DNA from: Bacteroidota bacterium
GTDB lineage: Bacteria; Bacteroidota; Bacteroidia; Chitinophagales; Saprospiraceae
DNA: 64,000 nucleotides
Direction: 5' to 3'
Assembly: GCA_039821145.1 (NCBI GenBank)
Contig: JBCBOS010000023.1
Location: forward strand, 64,609 to 128,608
The notes under the pieces were generated by a model. That model searched no databases. It was given only the letters and a program-made list of their open reading frames with translations, and was not told the DNA's origin. The position numbers and the translations under genes are program-made. Shown piece by piece: positions 27,685-36,100 of this stretch (positions are counted from its first letter, which is position 1; each line of letters starts with the position of its first letter).

Positions 27685-28277
27685 AGTGTGATGATTTGAT
27701 CCAAATGGGAGCACGTCCGGAAATGGACCCATTTTTTGCTCCTGTGCTAAAGGTACGGATTAATTGCATATGCGAAAATTTCCCCGCCCTTTCTATGTTC
27801 GATCCAAAGATGAACAGCTTTTCAGAATTCTTAACAAAAGTGTCCGGATATACCAGAAAAAAAAATATGAAATCGGATGAAATCACCCTTTTCTACCTCC
27901 AAATCTCCTGCATCTTGCAAGTGTAATTCATCGGAAAGCCAAAAAGTTGAGCAAAAAAATGGTGATTACTTTGAATAGGCTGTGAACCAAACACTGACCA
28001 GTAGCCCGGACTTCCAAGGCCGGTGAGCGAAAGAATGTTTAGCATGAGAAGGTTGCACGACGACTGTACAAACTGTCTGACTGACCGAGGGAGCCGGGGC
28101 TGCTTTTTGACATGAAACACAAAGAACTTTTGCTTTATGCACACGCTTTCTTGGGGATACTCCACCACTTGTTGGTGGAGTACTTTTTACCCAAGCCATC
28201 GCATGGGACAAAACAAGCACAACACAAACAATTGAACGGCACGAGAAACGAGCTTACAATGAGACAACCAAAACGAC

Positions 28278-28985
28278 ATGACCATGATACAGCTACTGCC
28301 TTCGCCAAATGGCAGGCACTCCTGGAAAGTGCACATCCTTTTGACGATGTGCAGCCTGGCCAGCGCCCTGATCGCCATCAGCATAGGAATGAGCCTTTTT
28401 TGGCTGGGCCTGATTCCGGGCAGAGCATTCCTGGTGGGCAGCGCATGGATGGGAATACTGGCCTGCTACCTGTTTCCCTTCAGACAGCGCAACCAAGGCA
28501 AGACAGCATTCCAGAAGATGCAATTCGGTAGCAACATGGTCTTGATGATGAGCGGGCTGCTTCTGTTCATCGCCACCGGCAGCTACATCGCCGCCAACAA
28601 CACCAAAGAGCAATTGAGCCAACGAGGCTACACGACATTTACCGCATCCGGAGCAGCACACGGTGCCCCCCAATTTTTGAAAAAATACGAATCAGCATAC
28701 AAAGTGAATTACAACACACAACCAAAACTTCAACACCAGGCAGAGGTAGCCGTGCACTTGTTTAGAATGTACAACGAGGATCTGCCAAAGGACTTAGTCC
28801 TCTTTTTGATCCTCACAGGAGGGATCACGGCTGCCTGCTTGAGTGTGTTGATCGCCCTACTGGCCTCCCAAGTCGACTACACCGGCTTCTTTCTGGGAGG
28901 ATCTGCCGCCGCAGTTCTCAGCCAGGGCATATGGGCAGGAGCCGCCGTACTGGCCATCCTGATCATCCAAAAACTGACGCGCTGA
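28278..28985 (+). CDS. Hypothetical integral membrane protein
   Basis: Six predicted hydrophobic helices ('ILLTMCSLASALIAISIGMSLFWLGLIP', 'VLMMSGLLLFIATGSYIAA', 'LVLFLILTGGITAACLSVLIALLA'...); 235 aa. Confidence 0.5.
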   Translation: MTMIQLLPSPNGRHSWKVHILLTMCSLASALIAISIGMSLFWLGLIPGRAFLVGSAWMGILACYLFPFRQRNQGKTAFQKMQFGSNMVLMMSGLLLFIATGSYIAANNTKEQLSQRGYTTFTASGAAHGAPQFLKKYESAYKVNYNTQPKLQHQAEVAVHLFRMYNEDLPKDLVLFLILTGGITAACLSVLIALLASQVDYTGFFLGGSAAAVLSQGIWAGAAVLAILIIQKLTR

Positions 28986-29085
28986 GTCTTGCTGACACAA
29001 ACTGATCATACGTTTCATAACCATACTTACACATCCATTAATTTCTAATCATTCTTTCCTATTTTTGTTCGGTCAACTTGATACA

Positions 29086-29116
29086 GGCTATCCTCTCCGG
29101 ATAGCCTCTTTTTTTT
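29086..29116 (+). terminator. Rho-independent terminator hairpin followed by a T-run
   Basis: 'ggctatcc tctcc ggatagcc' is an 8-bp perfect stem followed by 'tcttttttttgtct'; it lies between the convergent 28278..28985 and prs genes. Confidence 0.6.
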
Positions 29117-29197
29117 GTCTCCACCCCAAATGACAAATGGCCTCACCACTGGCAAGACCATTTGACAAACACAATATTTTTTCCTGTACAGGACAGA

Positions 29198-30127
29198 TCA
29201 TTCATTGACAAAAAGGGCCGAAATGGACCGATGCTCGTGCGTGTTGCGGATGGCGCGCGCAAAGAGCTTGGCACTGGACAACACCTTGATTTTCTTGGAC
29301 TTCTGACGAAGCGGAATGGTATCGCTCACAATGATTTCCTGGATGCGGGACTGCTCGATGTTTTCGTAGGCTTTGCCAGATAAGACTGGGTGGGTACACA
29401 ATGCTCGCACACTCTTTGCTCCGCGGTCCATGATCAGATCAGCGGCCCGGCAAAGGGTCCCGGCAGTATCTGCAAGGTCATCGACCAAGATCACATCGGC
29501 ATCCTTCACATCCCCGATGAGGGTCATGCCTGCCACTTCATTGGCCCGCTTGCGGTACTTGTCGCAAATGACCAAATTCCGTTCAAAATGTTTGGCATAG
29601 GTCCGGGCGCGTTTGACACCACCAACATCTGGCGACGCAAAGGTCACATTCGACAAATCCTCCTTCTTGAGGTAGGGGAAAAAGATGGCCTCGCTCTTGA
29701 GGTGATCCACCGGAATGTCGAAAAAGCCCTGAATCTGATCGGCGTGAAAATCCATGGTCATGATGCGGTTGGCACCCGCAGCTTGCAGCAGATTGGCGAT
29801 CAATTTGGCAGAGATGGGCACCCGCGGCTTGTCCTTTCTATCCTGGCGTGCATACCCAAAGTAGGGAATGACGGCGGTGATGTAACCGGCAGAAGCGCGT
29901 TTGGCCGTATCGATGAGCAGCAGAAGCTCCATCAAATTGTCGGAAGGCGCAAAGGTAGACTGAATGAAAAAGACATAAGAACCTCTGACCGATTCGTTGA
30001 TGATGGGTTGCATTTCTCCATCGCTGAAGCTCAACAGATCGTAAGAGCCAAGGGAATAGCCGTAATAGTCGGCAATTTTTTCTGCCAAATATTTGGAACG
30101 ACTGCCGGAAAATAGTTTAACCTCCAT
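29198..30127 (-). CDS. prs: Ribose-phosphate pyrophosphokinase (PRPP synthetase)
   Basis: 'MEVKLFSGSRSKYLAEKIADYYGYSLG', 'VDHLKSEAIFFPY', and a PRPP-binding loop 'VLIVDDLADTAGTL'; 309 aa. Confidence 0.9.
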   Translation of the reverse strand: MEVKLFSGSRSKYLAEKIADYYGYSLGSYDLLSFSDGEMQPIINESVRGSYVFFIQSTFAPSDNLMELLLLIDTAKRASAGYITAVIPYFGYARQDRKDKPRVPISAKLIANLLQAAGANRIMTMDFHADQIQGFFDIPVDHLKSEAIFFPYLKKEDLSNVTFASPDVGGVKRARTYAKHFERNLVICDKYRKRANEVAGMTLIGDVKDADVILVDDLADTAGTLCRAADLIMDRGAKSVRALCTHPVLSGKAYENIEQSRIQEIIVSDTIPLRQKSKKIKVLSSAKLFARAIRNTHEHRSISALFVNE

Positions 30128-30566
30128 GGTGGTTGCCGGATTAACGAGTGATACGATAAAAAAATGGATGTGGTATTCTCAAGCGAAAGGGGACTTTGTC
30201 ACGATTGTAAAGGTAAGAAGATTTGCCCAAAAGGAACCTCTTTCCAGCCATCCGGCTTCGAAATTCTCCAATATTTTCTTTTCCCGGCCGTCCGCAACAG
30301 ACCATTTCACCTTTTGGCAAAACATTGGGGGAGAGAAACGGTGGAGCAACAAACAAATGACAAAATCTGACATTTTAAATCCCCTCTTTCGACGAACTGC
30401 TTTTTTGACGATATTTACACGCGATTTGTCGATACATACAGGCATATTTTAACATTTTACACTACCTTTAGTATGCTCCTCAGCTGTATCAACTGAGAAC
30501 ATTTGTTCCAGAGCCAGCTAGATCAATAGAAATACAATACTGAAACATTCTTAATACAAGAGAATT

Positions 30567-31199
30567 ATGCGATTACTCTTTTTCGGTCAATGGTGGAGTG
30601 AGCTGGATGGTGTGCAGCAGGTTTTCTGGGGGATCGCTTTGATTTTTTCCGTCCTCTTTGTCATCCAGTTTGTCCTCAGCTTGGTAGGGCTTGATTTTGA
30701 TGGTGACGCTGACGGAGATTTCAGTGGCCATGCCGATGTAGACACGGGCTACAGCCTCGATGCCGACTTTACCCTGCTATCCGTGCGATCCATCATCGCA
30801 TTTTTCACCTTCTTCGGCTGGACGGGCGTCATCGTTCTCAACGGCGGCCACGGCACCTGGGCAGCACTCGGATTTGCCAGCATCGCCGGAATGGCGGCCA
30901 TGTTCATCGTCGGCTACCTGATGTATTTGTTCTCCAAGCTGACACAAGAAGGAAATGTAGACATCAAAGAAGCACTATACAATACCGGAGAGGTTTACCT
31001 GACCATTCCGGCCAACAGAGGAGGCTATGGAAAAATACACGTCAAAGTCTCTGGCTCCTATCAAGAGCTGGATGCAGTCACCAGCGGAGATGCACTCCCA
31101 ACCGGATCATCCATCCGCATCGTCGAAATTTTGGACGACAACTTACTGCTCGTCGAACAAGCCAAGGACTATCTGACGGAAGAAAGTCTGAAGTCTTGA
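30567..31199 (+). CDS. NfeD-like membrane protein (short YuaF type, with a C-terminal OB-fold)
   Basis: N-terminal TM helices, an acidic loop, and a C-terminal beta-rich 'GEVYLTIPANRGGYGKIHVKVSGSYQELDAVT'; sits immediately upstream of a flotillin gene, the classic NfeD/SPFH pair. Confidence 0.6.
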   Translation: MRLLFFGQWWSELDGVQQVFWGIALIFSVLFVIQFVLSLVGLDFDGDADGDFSGHADVDTGYSLDADFTLLSVRSIIAFFTFFGWTGVIVLNGGHGTWAALGFASIAGMAAMFIVGYLMYLFSKLTQEGNVDIKEALYNTGEVYLTIPANRGGYGKIHVKVSGSYQELDAVTSGDALPTGSSIRIVEILDDNLLLVEQAKDYLTEESLKS

Positions 31200-31279
31200 C
31201 CCACTGGATCATTTTATCAAAACGAAACTTCATTACCTCATGACCACTGCCCGTGCAGGGGTTTCAAAACAAAGAAATT

Positions 31280-32722
31280 ATGGGTGGATTAGCAGTTATC
31301 ATTTCGGGATTAATTGGGCTTGCGTTCCTGATGTTGCTCTGGGCAGCGACGCGTTACAAGCGATGCCCATCAGACAAAATCCTCGTCATCTATGGAAAAA
31401 CCGGACACGGTTCTGCCAGAACATTGGCCGGTGGAGCGGCCTTTGTATGGCCTGTCATCCAGGACTATGAATACCTGGACCTGACCCCCATTTCCATCGA
31501 CGTAGACCTAAAAGGAGCCCTGAGTAAGCAGAACATTCGCGTCAGTGTCCCCTCTCGCTTTACCGTCGGAGTGTCCACACAAGAAGGCGTGATGCTCAAC
31601 GCCGCTGAGCGTTTGCTAGGCAAGTCTACTGACCAGATCAGAGACATCGCCAAAGACATCATCTTCGGTCAGTTGCGACTGGTCGTGGCGACAATGGACA
31701 TCGAGGAAATCAATGCCGACCGGGACAAATTCCTCTCCAATGTATCGACCAACGTGGGAGCAGAGCTTCGCAAAATCGGACTGTCTCTGATCAACGTAAA
31801 CGTCACAGATATACAAGATGAATCGGGCTACATCGAGGCACTCGGTAAGGAGGCCGCCGCCAAGGCCATCAACGATGCCAAGATGAGCGTAGCGGAGAAA
31901 AACCGCGACGGTTCCATCGGGGAAGCCAACGCCCGCAAAGACCAGCGCATCCAGGTTTCTGCCGCCGACGCCCAGGCCAAGGTCGGGGAAGCCGATGCAG
32001 AAGCCAAAGCCATCGACGGAGAAAACATCGCCAAAATCTCCATCGCTCAATCCAATGCGGAAAGGCAGGTGAAAGAGGCAGAATCCCTCCGCTTGGCCAC
32101 CGCAGCCGAAAAGATCCAGGCAGCCAAGGCATTGGAGGAGGCCTACACGGCAGAAACCGAAGCGGAAGAGGCACGTGCCAAGCGCGAAATGGCCACCCGC
32201 GAGGCCGATGTCATCGTACAGGCACAAATCCAAAAGCGAAAGGCAGAAATCGATGCCGAAGCCGAAGCGGAGCAAATCCGACGCCTCGCCAAAGGGGAAG
32301 CGGATGCGATCTACCTCAAGCGGGAAGCAGAGGCCAAGGGGATGTATGAAATTCTCAGCCGCCAGGCCGAAGGTTTCCAGCAAATCGTCAATGCCGCCAA
32401 TGGAGACTCCCGCGATGCCGTACTGATGATGATCGCCGACAAGCTCGAAGACCTCGTCAAAACGCAGGTCGAGGCCATCAAAAACATCAAGATCGACAAG
32501 GTCACCGTCTGGGAAGGAGGCAACAACGAAGGTGAGGGCAACTCTACCTCCAAGTTCGTCTCTGGACTCTACAAGTCGGTTCCTCCACTGAGTGATCTGT
32601 TCAACATGGCAGGCATGGATTTGCCCAACTACCTGGGCACCAGAGAGGCCAATGGCAACGGAAAAGCACAGATAGAAGAAATTGAGGTGCCTCGCATCGA
32701 AGCGGAAGAAAACAATGGATGA
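31280..32722 (+). CDS. Flotillin-like SPFH/band-7 domain protein
   Basis: N-terminal membrane anchor 'MGGLAVIISGLIGLAFLMLLWAA'; SPFH core; a long A/E/K-rich coiled-coil 'EA' repeat region (AEAKAIDGENIAKISIAQSNAERQVKEAESLRLATAAEKIQAAKALEEA...). Confidence 0.8.
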   Translation: MGGLAVIISGLIGLAFLMLLWAATRYKRCPSDKILVIYGKTGHGSARTLAGGAAFVWPVIQDYEYLDLTPISIDVDLKGALSKQNIRVSVPSRFTVGVSTQEGVMLNAAERLLGKSTDQIRDIAKDIIFGQLRLVVATMDIEEINADRDKFLSNVSTNVGAELRKIGLSLINVNVTDIQDESGYIEALGKEAAAKAINDAKMSVAEKNRDGSIGEANARKDQRIQVSAADAQAKVGEADAEAKAIDGENIAKISIAQSNAERQVKEAESLRLATAAEKIQAAKALEEAYTAETEAEEARAKREMATREADVIVQAQIQKRKAEIDAEAEAEQIRRLAKGEADAIYLKREAEAKGMYEILSRQAEGFQQIVNAANGDSRDAVLMMIADKLEDLVKTQVEAIKNIKIDKVTVWEGGNNEGEGNSTSKFVSGLYKSVPPLSDLFNMAGMDLPNYLGTREANGNGKAQIEEIEVPRIEAEENNG

Positions 32723-32755
32723 GAAAGCCCTCTGAGGTTTTCACTTAGGAAATTC

Positions 32756-32790
32756 AAAGGCCGTCCCCAGGGATGGCCTTTGTTGTTTTT
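32756..32790 (+). terminator. Probable intrinsic terminator after the flotillin gene
   Basis: Imperfect hairpin 'aaaggccgtcccca gggatggccttt' followed by 'gttgttttt'. Confidence 0.5.
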
Positions 32791-33114
32791 GGCCACATTT
32801 GTCTGTACACGACGCTTCAAGCAGTCATTTTCTCCCCAAAACACCCTATATTTACCCTCTCAAAACCATTCTCTCATTCCCCTCCCAAAACTGATCGGCT
32901 ACCCCATTTGCAGTGGATGAATTCCGATGGCAGCTACTCGTGGCCATTTGGACATACAACGACCTACTTGCCTGCCGACATCTGGCACAATTTTAACCCC
33001 ATTCCCAAGAGGGAAAAGACTCCAGAGTCTCGTCAATTCGAGGCTTGCAAGCACCAGGGCGGGTCCGGAAGATGTCCGAAAGGAACCTTTGCAGCTCGCT
33101 GAAACACCGATAAC

Positions 33115-36100
33115 ATGAAGAAGACCATACACATTCTGTCATTTTTGACCCTCCACATGCTGTTATTGCCCCTGGCACTGTCCGCCACAGAAGGAGAAAA
33201 CGACATCTGTCAAGCGCCGCCCGTGGCCGACTTCGTAGCCTTCGGCACCAGCGGATGTGGCCCCCTGGAGATCAAATTCTTCGATCAATCACAGGGAGAT
33301 GTTACGTCCTGGAATTGGAGCTTTCCCGGAGCCGACACCACTTCTTCTGACCAAGTCAATCCCATTGTGGTATACGATGCCGTGGGCACCTATCCCGTAA
33401 GTCTGGAAGTGAGCAATGCCGATGGGAGTGATCAAATCACCAAGGATGGCTACGTCACCATCACCGGACGCCAAGTTGTCATCGACTTTTCCTTTGAAAA
33501 TACAGACCGAACCATCACCTTTCAAAACAACAGCCAATGGTCTGATGACTTCAGTTGGGATTTTGGCGACGGCAACTTCAGCACCGAGCGCGCGCCCATA
33601 CATACCTACGACAATGACGGCACCTACATCGTTCGGCTCAAAGGGACCAACGAATGCGATGGCCAGGAAGAGAGTGAAATCGTGATCCTGGGTTGCTGTG
33701 GCTCGCCCGTCAACTACACCGCCAACGATCGGGTCACGCCCTACAAAGGCAGCTTCCGGCCAGGCACCAACTTGGGCTACAATCCCCCCTGGTCCGATGA
33801 AGAATTGGCAGACATTGCCGCGGGCAACGAATCCCTCGGGGTGAAAGGAGCGGGCTGCAAAACCATCCGGCCGGCCTTGAACGAGAGTTTTTTGGAAGAA
33901 TGGGGCTACGACATTCGCTTTGAGACCTACCAACACTACGGCAGCCTGGGACTGAAAGATTTGACGGCCATCGTCGGTTTTCCCTCGCCGGAGCACCAAG
34001 ACCCCACCTATTTTTGCAGCGAACACCAGTCGGAGCTATTTGCCAATATGTACACCCCCATCTGGGACAATGGCGAAAATGGCACCCCCATCAACGACAC
34101 CAACTACCTGGCCCTCTACCTTTTCAAAACCTTGCACCTCTACAAGGACAATGTGAAGTTTTGGGAAATCTGGAATGAGCCGGGCTTTGACTATACTTTT
34201 ACCACAGGCTGGCTGGGGCCAGGGCAGGACGGCAATTGGTGGGAAAACGACCCCACCCCGTGCGATTACAAACTGCGCGCTCCCATCTATCACTACATCA
34301 GAACCCTCCGCATCAGCTACGAAATCATCAAAACCATCGACCCGGATGCTTATGTTACCCTGGCATCGGTGGGCTACACCAGTTTTCTGGATGCCGTATT
34401 GCGAAATACCGACAATCCCACCGATGGGTCGGTCAATGCCGACTATCCACTGGGAGGTGGTGCTTATTTCGATGCCATTGCCATCCACTCTTATCCACAC
34501 CTCGATGGCACAATGCGCGAATGGGACCAAAGCACCCAATCATTTGTCTACGACCGACACTCAGACCGGGCCGTCCAAGGCATCCCATTGACCAAAGATA
34601 CCTTCCAAGTGGTATTGGACCAGTACGGATACGACGGTGTTACCTATCCCGAAAAAGAATGGATCATCACCGAGATCAACGTCCCGCGCAAAGCCTTTGC
34701 GGACTACATCGGCTCGGACACCGTACAGATCAACTACATCATCAAGGCCTATGTGGAATCTGTCATCAACGACATCCGACAGATACACGTCTACGACATG
34801 GCCGAGTCTTTTGAGTTTGAGGATGCGGTCAACGAATTTCAGCTGATGGGCTTGTACAAACGGCTCTTTGGGGTGTGGCCCTACAACGAGCGGATCAACC
34901 ATTTGGGAGTTGCCTACAAAACAGCATCCGACATGCTTTTCAATTCGGACTACGACCCCATTCGATCGGCAGGCATGGAATTGCCAGCGGGTGTCCGCGG
35001 CGAGGCCTTTTTGGACCACAACGGTCATTATACCTATGTACTTTGGGCCGCTACCACGCAGGACATGTCGGAGGAAAGCAGCGCAACCTACAGCTTTCCC
35101 AGCAGTTGGAATTTGTCCAACCTGCAACTGACCCACTGGAACCACTCCTATTTTCCACAAATCGATCAACAAGTGCCCAACAACATCGCCCTGACAGCGA
35201 CCCCAATCTTTTTGAAGGATACCAGCCAAGTCTTTTTGACCACCCCATTGGCAGACTTTGCCATTGATACGGCCGTAGGCTGCTTGCCCTTGACGGTCCA
35301 GTTTCAAAATGCCGCCACCACCAATACGACCCAATGGGAATGGACCTTTGAAGGAGGCACACCCTCTACTTCCAATCTTCCCAGCCCCACCGTCAGCTAT
35401 GAGCAAGCAGGTACCTTCGATGTTGTTCTTCGGGTCAGCAATGCAGCTGGCTCCCACGAAATCCGCAAAAGCCAACTCGTCAGTGTCAACGACGCCCTGC
35501 CAGTGGCAGACTTTGGCATAAGCATATTCGAAAATGTCGTTACCTGCTCCAACAACTCTTCCAATGCCACCGACTACAAGTGGGACATGGGCACCGGAGA
35601 GATTCGATACGAGTCCAACCCAACCATTAACTACCCCATCCCAGGACTGTTTACCATCACGCTGGTTGCCTTCAATGGCTGTGGGTCCGATACCAGTTCC
35701 CAAACCTTCATCATCGATCCCGATGCGCTGACTCCGATCCCTGACTTCCGCGCAGACAAGCTCTTGGGATGCGCCCCGATGGAAGTGCAATTCACAGACT
35801 TGTCCACAGAAAATACAACAGACTGGTGGTGGTTCTTCGAAGGAGGCACGCCCCAAATATCTACAGAGCAACATCCGGTGGTCACCTTCGAGGAGCCAGG
35901 TACTTACTTTGTGCGACTCATTGCCACCAATGCAGGAGGCTTGTCTGCAGAGGCTTTTAAGGGAGAATACATCACCGTGGATGCTGCTGTGCCACCCATC
36001 GCTGGCTTTGAAACCTTCATCAGCGGGGGGACGGTCAGCTTCAGCAATCTCTCCACAGATGCCAGCTCTTATCTCTGGGACTTTGGCGATGGGACCAGAA

